Positions 38,295-49,437 of a stretch of DNA of 64,000 nt are shown one piece after another. Positions within the stretch are counted from its first letter, which is position 1. Every line of letters begins with the position of its first letter. This DNA is from an uncultured Actinomycetota bacterium (lineage in GTDB: Bacteria > Actinomycetota > Actinomycetes > Propionibacteriales > Nocardioidaceae): the NCBI GenBank assembly GCA_963769585.1, contig CAVYMJ010000001.1, positions 750,178 to 814,177 on the forward strand. The letters are read 5' to 3'. The position numbers and the translations under genes are program-made. Under the pieces are notes generated by a model. The model made no database searches, was not told the origin of the DNA, and saw nothing but the letters and a program-made list of their open reading frames with translations.

Positions 38295-38834
38295 ATGAGC
38301 GCCCGCGACGATCTCCTCGACCACATCAAGAAGAAGGCGATCGTGCACGGGAAGGTGACGTTGTCGTCAGGCAAGGAAGCCGACTACTACATCGACCTTC
38401 GACGGATCACGCTCGACGCGACGGCGGCTCCGCTGGTCGGCCAGGTGATGCTCGAGCTCACCAAGGACCTCACCTATGACGCAGTCGGTGGGCTCACGCT
38501 GGGCGCGGACCCGGTCGCCCTGGCCATGCTCCATGCCACGTCGTCTGGCGGCGGTGCGCTGGACGCGTTCGTGGTCCGCAAGGCCGAGAAGGCCCATGGG
38601 CTGCAGCGACGGATCGAGGGGACCGAGGTTGCCGGTCGCAGGGTGCTCGCGGTCGAGGACACCTCGACCACCGGGGGATCGGTGCTCACCGCAGTCGAGG
38701 CGCTACGCGAGGCCGGAGCCGACGTTGTCGGCGTCGCGGTGATCGTCGATCGCGATACCGGGGCGAAGGAGAAGGTTGAGGCCCAGGGGCTGACCTACCT
38801 CTACGCGTTCGGCAAGGACGAGCTGGGCCTCTGA
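38295..38834 (+). CDS. pyrE: orotate phosphoribosyltransferase
   Basis: PRPP-binding loop VLAVEDTSTTGGS. 179 aa. ATG 38295. Confidence 0.9.
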   Translation: MSARDDLLDHIKKKAIVHGKVTLSSGKEADYYIDLRRITLDATAAPLVGQVMLELTKDLTYDAVGGLTLGADPVALAMLHATSSGGGALDAFVVRKAEKAHGLQRRIEGTEVAGRRVLAVEDTSTTGGSVLTAVEALREAGADVVGVAVIVDRDTGAKEKVEAQGLTYLYAFGKDELGL

Positions 38835-39472
38835 CTCCTGCGGTGCTTGAACCACTCGTAGGCCATCGGGAGCACAGAGACAGCCACGATCAGCAGGACT
38901 GCTGCCTCGAGGTTGTGCTCCAGCCAGGGGACGGCGTCACCGAGGAAGTAGCCCACCAGAGTCAGTCCGGTCGCCCACAGAACTGCGCCGACGAAGGACC
39001 AACCGAAGAACCGTGCGCGGTCCATCGCGCCGGCCCCGGCGATCACCGTGATGAAGGTACGGACGATCGGTACGAACCGGCCGAGCACCAGAGCTTTGTT
39101 GCCATAGCGCTCGAAGAAGTCGTGAGTCTTGGTGTAGTTCCTCGTGTTGAGGAACCTTCCTTCGCGGTGGAAGAGCGGTGGGCCGATCTTGCGGCCGATC
39201 TCATAGCCGGCGACGTTGCCGGCGAACGCCGCAGCGCTGAGAACCACACACGCACCGGCGATGTTGAAGTCGAGCTGGTCGGTGGCGATGAAGAGGCCCA
39301 CCGCAAACAGCAACGAGTCGCCGGGCAGAATCGGGAAGAGCAGACCGCACTCGATGAAGACGATGGCAACGCTGGCCCAGAACATCTGGTTGCCGAACTG
39401 CCCGAGCCACCACTCCGGGTCCATCCATTCCAGGCCGAGCAGCAGGGGGTGGAGAGCGTCGATCACGCGCAA
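38801..39472 (-). CDS. DedA family (VTT/SNARE-associated) membrane protein
   Basis: IECGLLFPILPGDSLLF and GRFVPIVRTFITVIAG motifs. The start is uncertain (TTG 39472, GTG 39466 or ATG 39424). The 3' end overlaps pyrE by 34 bp. Confidence 0.8.
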   Translation of the reverse strand: MRVIDALHPLLLGLEWMDPEWWLGQFGNQMFWASVAIVFIECGLLFPILPGDSLLFAVGLFIATDQLDFNIAGACVVLSAAAFAGNVAGYEIGRKIGPPLFHREGRFLNTRNYTKTHDFFERYGNKALVLGRFVPIVRTFITVIAGAGAMDRARFFGWSFVGAVLWATGLTLVGYFLGDAVPWLEHNLEAAVLLIVAVSVLPMAYEWFKHRRSQRPSSSLPNA

Positions 39473-39488
39473 ACCCTAGCCTGGCCAT

Positions 39489-40160
39489 GTGAACTCCGAC
39501 CGGCGCGCGCCGTACGACCCGATGCCTCATGGGCCTGCCGAGGTCGGCGTCGGGCCCTGGCAGGGCGAGTGGCCCACGGGCGAGGAGTACGACGCGCAGC
39601 TGCTCGAGCACGGGGACCGGCGCAACGTCGTCGACCGCTACCGGTACTGGTCCCTGGCCGCGATCGTCGCGGACCTCGACAGGCGGCGGCACGACTTCCA
39701 CATCGCTATCGAGAACTGGCAGCACGACTTCAACATCGGCACGATCGTGCGCACGGCCAACGCCTTCCTGGCCAGGGAGGTGCACATCGTCGGCAACCGC
39801 CGCTGGAACAAGCGCGGCGCCATGGTCACCGACCGCTACCAGCACATCCGCCATCACCCGACGGTGGCCGGGTTGGCGTCGTACCTGCACGACCAGGGGA
39901 TCGCTCTGCTCGGAGTCGACAATCTCCCCGGGTCGCTGCACCTGGAGACCCAGGAGCTTCCCCGGTCCGTGTGTCTGCTGTTCGGCCAGGAGGGGCCCGG
40001 GCTCTCGGAGGCAGCGCGGGAAGCGTGCGACGGGACCTTCTCGATCGCACAGTTCGGCTCGACGCGCTCTATCAATGCCTCCGCGGCCGCGGCCATCGCC
40101 ATGCACGCGTGGATCAGACAGCACGCGGACCTGGAGAACGAGGAGAACTGGCGCGGGTAG
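39489..40160 (+). CDS. TrmH/SpoU family RNA 2'-O-methyltransferase
   Basis: NIGTIVRTANAF, LLFGQEGPGLS and IAQFGSTRSINASAAAAIAMH are SpoU motifs 1-3. Confidence 0.85.
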   Translation: MNSDRRAPYDPMPHGPAEVGVGPWQGEWPTGEEYDAQLLEHGDRRNVVDRYRYWSLAAIVADLDRRRHDFHIAIENWQHDFNIGTIVRTANAFLAREVHIVGNRRWNKRGAMVTDRYQHIRHHPTVAGLASYLHDQGIALLGVDNLPGSLHLETQELPRSVCLLFGQEGPGLSEAAREACDGTFSIAQFGSTRSINASAAAAIAMHAWIRQHADLENEENWRG

Positions 40161-40206
40161 GGTGGAGGCGCCTCGACGTTCCCCCAGATCGCAGGAGACT
40201 GAGCAG

Positions 40207-41235
40207 ATGCCCATCGCAACTCCCGAGACCTATGCCGCGATGCTCGACAAGGCCAAGAGCGAGCAGTTCGCCTTCCCGGCCATCAATGTCTCGTCATCGC
40301 AGACTCTCAACGCGGCGCTGCAGGGTTTCGCGGACGCGGAGTCCGACGGGATCATTCAGGTTTCGACCGGTGGGGCCGAGTACCTGTCGGGTCCTCACAT
40401 CAAGAACATGGTCACCGGCTCCCTGGCCTTCGCCGCGTACGCGGCCGAGGTGGCCAAGGGTTACCCCGTCAATGTCGCGCTGCACACCGACCACTGCCCC
40501 AAGGACAAGCTCGACGGGTTCGTCCGGCCATTGCTCGCTGCCTCGATCGAGCGGGTGAAGAACGGCGAGAACCCGCTCTTCCAGTCCCACATGTGGGATG
40601 GGTCCGCGGTGCCGCTGGACGAGAACCTCGAGATCGCGGCCGAGCTCCTCGCCCTGGCAGCGGAGGCGAAGATCATCCTCGAGATCGAGGTCGGCGTGGT
40701 CGGTGGGGAGGAGGACGGTGTCGTCGGCGCGATCGACGAGAAGCTCTACACCACCCCCGAAGACGCCCTGGCCACCGTGGCCGCGCTCGGCGTCGGGGAA
40801 CGTGGCCGGTACCTGACCGCGCTGACCTTCGGCAACGTGCACGGCGTGTACAAGCCTGGAAACGTCAAGCTGCGTCCGGAGATCCTGCGGGAGGCACAGG
40901 ACGCCGTCGTGTCCAGGCTCGGCCTGGACTCGGGCGCGAAGCCGTTCGACCTGGTGTTCCACGGCGGTTCAGGCTCGCTGCCGGAGGAGATCGCTGCCGC
41001 GGTGAGCTATGGCGTGGTGAAGATGAACGTCGACACCGACACCCAGTACGCCTTTACCAGGCCTGTCGCGGCCCACATGTTGAGCAAGTACGACGGAGTG
41101 CTGAAGGTCGACGGCGAGGTGGGCGACAAGAAGGTGTACGACCCCCGCGCGTGGGGCAAGGCCGCCGAGGCAGGCATGGCTGCCCGGGTTGTCGAAGCCT
41201 GCGCGAACCTGAGCAGCACCGGCAAGAAGCTATAG
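40207..41235 (+). CDS. fbaA: class II fructose-bisphosphate aldolase
   Basis: FAFPAINV, ALHTDHC and FHGGSGS motifs. 342 aa. Confidence 0.95.
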   Translation: MPIATPETYAAMLDKAKSEQFAFPAINVSSSQTLNAALQGFADAESDGIIQVSTGGAEYLSGPHIKNMVTGSLAFAAYAAEVAKGYPVNVALHTDHCPKDKLDGFVRPLLAASIERVKNGENPLFQSHMWDGSAVPLDENLEIAAELLALAAEAKIILEIEVGVVGGEEDGVVGAIDEKLYTTPEDALATVAALGVGERGRYLTALTFGNVHGVYKPGNVKLRPEILREAQDAVVSRLGLDSGAKPFDLVFHGGSGSLPEEIAAAVSYGVVKMNVDTDTQYAFTRPVAAHMLSKYDGVLKVDGEVGDKKVYDPRAWGKAAEAGMAARVVEACANLSSTGKKL

Positions 41236-42735
41236 CGGCTGCCCGGTCTTGGGCTGCCCGGTCTTGGGCTGCTCCGGACTGACACGGCCCGACTGCGGGT
41301 TGGCGAAGAAGAGCACCGCGGCCAGGCCGAGCAGCAGGACCGCCGGAGTCAGCAGGAGCGACTGTGCCATCGCGTCGCTGAAGCCGCCGCGTGCCTGCGG
41401 AGGCAGGGTCCCGCCACCCGCCCTGGTCGGGTCGAAGATCAGGCCGTTCGAGGCGAGCCTGGCATCCATCAGCAACGCGATCGCCGCCGAGCCCAGCACC
41501 GCACCTACCTGACGCATCGCGTTGTAGACACCGGCACCGGCACCGGCAAGCTGCATCGGCAGGTTCCGGGTCGCAGTCGCGGTCAGCGGCGCCCAGATCG
41601 CGGCGCTGCCGGCGCCCATCAGCCCCATCGGGAGCAGGATCTGCCAGGTAGCCGAGGTCGGCGTCATCACGGCCGCCAGCCAGACCAGCGACCCGGCCAG
41701 GGCCGTGAAGCCGACCGTGGTGATCCGGCGGGGGTGAATCCGGTCGGTGAGCTTCCCGATGCCCGGTGCCAGCGCGATCGACATGACCGCCATCGGAACC
41801 AGTAGCAGTGCAGCCTGGGTCGGGCTGAGCTCGCGAACCAGCTGCGCGTAGAGCATCACCGGGAACGCCATGGCGGTGAAGGCGAAGCTCACCGTGGCGA
41901 TGCCGACGTTGGCCAGGGAGAAGTTGCGGTCCTGAAAGAGCCGGAGTGGTACCAGTGGTTCCCTGGGGTTTCGTGACTGCCAGAGCACGAATAGTCCCAT
42001 CGTCAGCACCCCGCCGCCGATCATCGACCAGATCAGGGAGTCCCACTCGCGCTGATGCCCCTCCTGTATCCCGAAGACCAGGAAGAACATGCCGACCCCG
42101 GACAGGGCAACGCCCAGCCAGTCGAACCTATGTGGATGCGTCGCCAGGGTCGGCACCAGCCTCCAGCAGAGCACGAACGCGAGCACACCGATGGGGAGGT
42201 TGATGAAGAAGATCCACTCCCAACCCAGCGAGTCGACCAGGATTCCGCCCAGCAGGGGTCCGACCAGGACCGCGACGCCTGCCGTGGCTCCCCACAGCGA
42301 GGTCGCCTGGCCACGGCGCTCGGCCGGAAAGATCCGGGTGATGATTGCCATCGTCTGAGGCGTCATCATGCCCGCCCCTAGACCCTGGGCAACCCGGGCG
42401 ATGATCAGGCCCTCGACCGACCCGGTGAGGCCACAGGCGAGCGACGACACAGTGAAGACGACGAGCCCGGCCAGATAGACCTGCTTCTGCCCGTACCGGT
42501 CACCCAGGCGTCCGGTGATCAGCACCGGCACGGCGTAGGCCAGCAGGTAGGCGCTGGTGACCCAGACCACCGAGTTCACTTCGGCGTGGAGATCCTCGAT
42601 GATTGCGGGGGTCGCGACGGACACGATCGTCGAGTCGACCATGATCATGAAGAAGCCGAGAACCAGGGCCCACAGCGCCGGCCAGGGGTCCTTCTCCTGC
42701 CGGGTGGGTTCTGGAGCGATCACGGGTTGCGCCAT
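41230..42735 (-). CDS. MFS transporter (DHA2/EmrB-like, 14-TM type)
   Basis: ATG 42735 (MAQPVIAPEP...). Motifs MIMVDSTIVSVATPAI and GRLGDRYGQK. The 200 upstream codons of the track ORF are rejected. The C-terminus carries a PKTGQ-PKTGQ repeat. Confidence 0.85.
   Translation of the reverse strand: MAQPVIAPEPTRQEKDPWPALWALVLGFFMIMVDSTIVSVATPAIIEDLHAEVNSVVWVTSAYLLAYAVPVLITGRLGDRYGQKQVYLAGLVVFTVSSLACGLTGSVEGLIIARVAQGLGAGMMTPQTMAIITRIFPAERRGQATSLWGATAGVAVLVGPLLGGILVDSLGWEWIFFINLPIGVLAFVLCWRLVPTLATHPHRFDWLGVALSGVGMFFLVFGIQEGHQREWDSLIWSMIGGGVLTMGLFVLWQSRNPREPLVPLRLFQDRNFSLANVGIATVSFAFTAMAFPVMLYAQLVRELSPTQAALLLVPMAVMSIALAPGIGKLTDRIHPRRITTVGFTALAGSLVWLAAVMTPTSATWQILLPMGLMGAGSAAIWAPLTATATRNLPMQLAGAGAGVYNAMRQVGAVLGSAAIALLMDARLASNGLIFDPTRAGGGTLPPQARGGFSDAMAQSLLLTPAVLLLGLAAVLFFANPQSGRVSPEQPKTGQPKTGQPL
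41237..41272. repeat. 15-bp tandem repeat GGCTGCCCGGTCTTG x2.4 inside the 3' end of the MFS gene
   Basis: Read directly. It is in frame and encodes the repeat PKTGQ-PKTGQ-P. Confidence 0.85.
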
Positions 42736-42771
42736 GCCGCTACTCAACACCAGACGAGAGACAATTACTCC

Positions 42772-43185
42772 ATGACCTTTCAGGACCTGATGGCCGGACC
42801 GCCTCCCACCGAGCTCCCCGAGGATCCCGCAGCTGCTGCGCTGGCCTCGGGTACGCCGACCGCCGACGTCGTACGAGAGCACCCTGAGTCGCCGCTGGCC
42901 TGGGCGACGCTGGCCGAAGAGGCGCTGGCCGACGGGGCCGACGATCTGACCGTCTACGCCTACGCGCGCGTCGGGTACCACCGCAGCCTGGACCTGCTGC
43001 GTCGCAACGGCTGGAAGGGGAGCGGCCCGGTTCCGTGGGAGCACGAGGCCAACCGCGGGTTCCTCAGGGCGCTGGCCGCCCTGGCGAAGGCCGCCGGCTC
43101 GATCGGGGAGACGGCAGAGGCGCAGCGGTGCGCGACGTTCCTGCGCGATAGCAGCGCCACGGCGCACGACGTGCTGTTGGGCTGA
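42772..43185 (+). CDS. DUF3151-family protein
   Basis: 137 aa. AYAYARVGYHRSLDLLRRNGWKGSGPVPWEHEANRGFLRAL matches my recollection of DUF3151, which commonly sits near fba in actinobacteria. Confidence 0.7.
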   Translation: MTFQDLMAGPPPTELPEDPAAAALASGTPTADVVREHPESPLAWATLAEEALADGADDLTVYAYARVGYHRSLDLLRRNGWKGSGPVPWEHEANRGFLRALAALAKAAGSIGETAEAQRCATFLRDSSATAHDVLLG

Positions 43186-43217
43186 GCGTGGGCGGGTCTC
43201 GGCCCGCAACCGCGAAA

Positions 43218-43256
43218 GGCGCCGGAGTCTCCTACGGGTACTCCGGCGCCGCTTTT
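43218..43256 (+). terminator. intrinsic terminator: 11-bp perfect stem GGCGCCGGAGT / ACTCCGGCGCC followed by GCTTTTC
   Basis: Read directly, 33 nt after the DUF3151 stop. An A-tract (GAAA) upstream could allow bidirectional function. Confidence 0.75.
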
Positions 43257-43361
43257 CACGATGAAGCGCCGCTGACCCTTCCCCCGAGGGGGCAGCGGCT
43301 GGGAGAAGCATGCCGCGTCCGGATTGTCGATGCACGTCCGTTTGAGGCCAATGGCACTAAC

Positions 43362-45709
<2,348 letters not shown>

Positions 45710-45762
45710 GACCGGCGGCGAGAAGGGTGACCACGCACCGGGTGCACCACTAGGGTCCGAGC

Positions 45763-46656
45763 ATGGACCCCGACGTGGCGATCGACCGGATTAACGGTGT
45801 CTTCGGGCGCCATGACGCATGCCGTGCGCTGCACGCCAAGGGCCGCTTCTACCGCGGGACGTTCCGGGCCCGCGAAGGGGCAGCCGCGCTCTGCCGGGCG
45901 GGCCACCTGCAGGGCGAGGAGGTGCCGGTCGTCGTGCGCTTCTCCAACGGCAGCGGCCACCCGGGCAGCCGTGACACCTCGCCCGACGTACGCGGGATGG
46001 CGGTCTCCTTCCGGCTTCCGGACGGTACGGCGACCGACCTGCTTGGCCAGACCGCACCGAGGTTCCCCGTCCGCACGGTGGAGGACTTCCTCCGGCTCGT
46101 CGAGGTCGCGGCCAGCCCACCCAAGCTCGCACTGTTCCTCGCCCGGCACCCAGGCGCCGCGCGTACCTTCCTGGCGAACGCCAGGGCCAAGTCCGTGCTG
46201 CCACCCAACAGCTACGCCGAGGCCGCGTACTTCCCGATTCACGCCTACCGGTGGATAGGGCCGAGCGGGCAGCAGAGCTGGGTCCGCTACCACCTCGAGC
46301 CGGTCACCACGAAGGCAGACCGGCCGGCTGAGACCTTCGGTGGCCGGGACCGGCTCCAAGACGAGCTCGCAGCGCGGCTCGCCCGTGGCCCGGTGCGCTA
46401 CCTGCTGACAGTCCGGGTCGCCGGGGACGACGACGACCCGCACGACCCGATGTCGGTCTGGGGCCGCGAGTCGCGACTGCTCGAGGTGGGGGACCTCGAG
46501 ATCACCGGCCTCGACCAGGAGACCGAGCAGGACGGCGGAGTCTTCGTCTTCGACCCGACCCGGGTCGTCGAGGGCATCGAGCTCTCCGACGACCCGATCC
46601 TACGGTTCCGGGCCGCGGCGTACTCCTCCTCGGTGACCCGCCGGCTCCCCCAGTGA
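45763..46656 (+). CDS. catalase-related small heme protein (mini-catalase / catalase-related peroxidase)
   Basis: 297 aa. Distal His context RALHAKG, VRFSNGSG, VRGMAVSF, and proximal Tyr context RFRAAAYSSSVTRR. It is much shorter than a true catalase. Confidence 0.7.
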   Translation: MDPDVAIDRINGVFGRHDACRALHAKGRFYRGTFRAREGAAALCRAGHLQGEEVPVVVRFSNGSGHPGSRDTSPDVRGMAVSFRLPDGTATDLLGQTAPRFPVRTVEDFLRLVEVAASPPKLALFLARHPGAARTFLANARAKSVLPPNSYAEAAYFPIHAYRWIGPSGQQSWVRYHLEPVTTKADRPAETFGGRDRLQDELAARLARGPVRYLLTVRVAGDDDDPHDPMSVWGRESRLLEVGDLEITGLDQETEQDGGVFVFDPTRVVEGIELSDDPILRFRAAAYSSSVTRRLPQ

Positions 46657-46666
46657 GGCCTCAAGT

Positions 46667-46702
46667 CTTGTCGGGCCGCTTGTCGGGCCGCTTGTCTGGC
46701 TG
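46667..46702. repeat. 12-bp tandem repeat CTTGTCGGGCCG x2 plus a degenerate third copy (CTTGTCTGGCTG)
   Basis: Read directly in the mini-catalase/purD intergenic gap. Confidence 0.85.
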
Positions 46703-46774
46703 GGCGTCGCGCGGTGTCTCGGGGGATCCGGCCGCGGGCGGCCGGGCCGAGGCGAGACCGTAGACTCACGACAC

Positions 46775-48022
46775 GTGAAAACCCTTGTGATCGGCACTGG
46801 CGGCCGCGAACACGCGCTCGCGCTCGCGCTGTCCCGCGATCCGCAGGTCACCGCGGTGCACGTGGCACCCGGCAACCCCGGGATGGCCGGGGTCGCCGCC
46901 CTTCACCAGGTGGACCCGCTCTCACCGCCTGAAGTGGCGAAGCTGGCCATCGACCTCGGCGTGGACCTGGTCGTCGTCGGGCCCGAGGCGCCCCTGGTCG
47001 CCGGGGTCGCAGATGCGGTGCGCGAGGCTGGCATCGACGTCTTCGGACCGTCCGCTGCTGCGGCCGAACTCGAGGGGTCGAAGGCCTTCGCGAAGGACGT
47101 CATGGCCAGCGCCGACGTACCGACGGCCCTGGCCCGACTCTGCACCAACGGAGCCGAGGCCGCCGATGCGCTGGACGCCTTCGGGGCGCCGTACGTAGTC
47201 AAGGACGACGGGCTGGCCGCAGGCAAGGGCGTCGTCGTGACCCACTCGCGCGAGGTTGCGCTGGCACACGCGATCACCTGTGGCCGGGTCGTGATCGAGG
47301 AGTACCTCGACGGCCCCGAGGTCTCCCTGTTCGCGATCACCGACGGGACCACCGTCTACCCGCTGCAGCCCGCCCAGGACTTCAAGCGCGCGTACGACGG
47401 CGACGAGGGTCCCAACACCGGCGGCATGGGCGCCTACACCCCGCTGCCCTGGGCACCGGAGAACCTCGTGGAGGAGGTCTACGAGCGGGTGCTGCTGCCG
47501 ACGGTCCGCGAGATGTCCCGGCGTGGGGTGCCCTTCAGCGGGCTGCTGTACGCCGGCCTGGCCCTGACCGAGCGCGGCATTCGCGTCATCGAGTTCAACG
47601 CCCGGTTCGGAGACCCCGAGACCCAGGCGCTGCTGTCCCGTCTCGACTCACCACTGGGCACGCTGCTCCAGGCCGCGGCCCAGGGCCGCCTCGACGAGGT
47701 CGAACCGCCGCGCTGGAAGCCCGGGGCAGCTGTGGCCGTCGTGGTCGCCGCTGAGGGTTACCCGGGCTCGCCGCGGACTGGGGACCCGATCGCCGGCGTG
47801 GAGGAGGCCGATGAGCTCGAGGGCGTGGACGTGATCCACGCCGGCACGGCCCTGGTCGACGCGGCGCTGGTCACCAACGGCGGCCGGGTCCTGGCGGTGA
47901 CAGCCCACGGAGCCTCGCTGGAGGAGGCTCGCCTGCGCGCGTACGACGGGGTGAGCCGGATCAAGATCGAGGGTGCCCACCACCGCACCGACATCGCTGC
48001 AAAGGCGGCCGCCAAGCCATGA
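46775..48022 (+). CDS. purD: phosphoribosylamine-glycine ligase
   Basis: MKTLVIGTGGREHALA N-terminus and ATP-grasp core. 415 aa. Confidence 0.95.
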   Translation: MKTLVIGTGGREHALALALSRDPQVTAVHVAPGNPGMAGVAALHQVDPLSPPEVAKLAIDLGVDLVVVGPEAPLVAGVADAVREAGIDVFGPSAAAAELEGSKAFAKDVMASADVPTALARLCTNGAEAADALDAFGAPYVVKDDGLAAGKGVVVTHSREVALAHAITCGRVVIEEYLDGPEVSLFAITDGTTVYPLQPAQDFKRAYDGDEGPNTGGMGAYTPLPWAPENLVEEVYERVLLPTVREMSRRGVPFSGLLYAGLALTERGIRVIEFNARFGDPETQALLSRLDSPLGTLLQAAAQGRLDEVEPPRWKPGAAVAVVVAAEGYPGSPRTGDPIAGVEEADELEGVDVIHAGTALVDAALVTNGGRVLAVTAHGASLEEARLRAYDGVSRIKIEGAHHRTDIAAKAAAKP

Positions 48023-49437
48023 GCATCCCCAACGTCCTGGCCAACCGGTACGCCGGGGCCGATCTCACCCGGATCTGGTCTCCCGAGCACAAGATCGTGC
48101 TCGAGCGCCAGCTCTGGATCGCTGTGCTGCGGGCACAGAGAGACCTCGGCATCGAGGTCCCGGACGGAGTCATCGAGGCTTACGAGCAGGTCGTCGACCA
48201 GGTCGACCTCGCCTCCATCGCCGCGCGGGAGCGGGTCACCCGCCACGACGTGAAGGCCCGCATCGAGGAGTTCGCCGCCCTGGCCGGGCACGAGCACATC
48301 CACAAGGGCATGACCTCGCGCGACCTCACCGAGAACGTCGAGCAGCTGCAGATCCGAGCGTCCCTCCTGCTGGTCCGCGACCGGGTCGTAGCGTCGCTGG
48401 CACGGCTCGGCCGGCTCGCCTCGGAGCACGAGGCTCTGGTGATGACGGGCAGAAGCCACAACGTAGCCGCCCAGGCCACCACCCTGGGGAAGCGCTTCGC
48501 GACGATCGCGGACGAGCAGCTCGTCGCGTTGGAGCGGCTCGAGGAGCTGATCGCGCGCTACCCGCTGCGCGGGATCAAGGGCCCGGTCGGCACCGCCCAG
48601 GACATGCTCGACCTCCTCGACTCGGACGCAGGCAAGCTGGCCGAGCTCGAACAGCGGGTGGCGGCTCATCTCGGGTTCGAGCGGGTGCTGACCAGTGTCG
48701 GCCAGGTCTACCCACGTTCCCTCGACTTCGACGTCGTCTCCGCGCTGGTGCAGGTCGTCGCGGCCCCTGCGAACCTTGCCACCACGATCCGGCTGATGGC
48801 TGGCATCGAGCTGGTCACCGAGGGCTTCAAGGACGGGCAGGTCGGCTCGTCCGCGATGCCGCACAAGATGAACACCCGCTCCTGCGAGCGGGTCAACGGC
48901 CTCGCCGTGATCCTGAGGGGCTACCTGTCGATGGTCTCTGAGCTCACGGGCGACCAGTGGAACGAGGGCGACGTCTCCTGCTCCGTGGTACGCCGGGTCG
49001 CGCTGCCGGACGCCTTCTTCGCCACGGACGGACTGTTCCAGACCTTCCTCACCGTGCTGGACGAGTTCGGCGCGTTCCCGGCCGTGATCCAGCGCGAGCT
49101 CGACAGGTACCTGCCGTTCCTGGCCACCACCAAGGTGCTGATGGCCGCCGTCCGCAACGGCGTGGGTCGCGAGACCGCGCACGAGGCGATCAAGAAGGCC
49201 GCCGTCGGGGTTGCCCTGGACATGCGTCAGGGTCAGACGGATAACGACGTGTTCGCGCGGCTGGGCGCAGACCCGGAGCTGGGGCTGACCGCCGACCAGT
49301 TGCAGTCGCTGGTCGCCGAGCCGATCACGTTCACCGGAGCGGCGGTTGCTCAGGTCCAGTCCGTGGTCCGCAGGATCGACGAGGTGGCCAAGCGCTACCC
49401 GGAGGCCGCGGCGTACAGTCCGGGCGCGATCCTCTAG
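48019..49437 (+). CDS. purB: adenylosuccinate lyase
   Basis: ATGA overlap with purD. The fumarate-lyase signature region GSSAMPHKMN is present. Confidence 0.95.
   Translation: MSIPNVLANRYAGADLTRIWSPEHKIVLERQLWIAVLRAQRDLGIEVPDGVIEAYEQVVDQVDLASIAARERVTRHDVKARIEEFAALAGHEHIHKGMTSRDLTENVEQLQIRASLLLVRDRVVASLARLGRLASEHEALVMTGRSHNVAAQATTLGKRFATIADEQLVALERLEELIARYPLRGIKGPVGTAQDMLDLLDSDAGKLAELEQRVAAHLGFERVLTSVGQVYPRSLDFDVVSALVQVVAAPANLATTIRLMAGIELVTEGFKDGQVGSSAMPHKMNTRSCERVNGLAVILRGYLSMVSELTGDQWNEGDVSCSVVRRVALPDAFFATDGLFQTFLTVLDEFGAFPAVIQRELDRYLPFLATTKVLMAAVRNGVGRETAHEAIKKAAVGVALDMRQGQTDNDVFARLGADPELGLTADQLQSLVAEPITFTGAAVAQVQSVVRRIDEVAKRYPEAAAYSPGAIL

Noticed and set aside
42736-43335. N-terminal 200-codon extension of the MFS ORF (701 aa in the track)
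   Set aside because: The extension is antisense to the DUF3151 gene and its terminator. MFS TM1 and the family motif start right after ATG 42735.
43188-43361. Longer start (GTG 43188) for the LuxR-type regulator
   Set aside because: It would place an 11-bp-stem intrinsic terminator and a second hairpin inside the coding sequence. ATG 43362 is downstream of both.
46657-46774. ZTP/pfl-type or other purine-related riboswitch upstream of purD (also checked before purA, purC, purS, purL)
   Set aside because: I could not find the conserved pfl core sequences or a purine-riboswitch three-way junction by eye. The gaps before purC, purS and purL are too short. A covariance-model scan would be needed to be sure.
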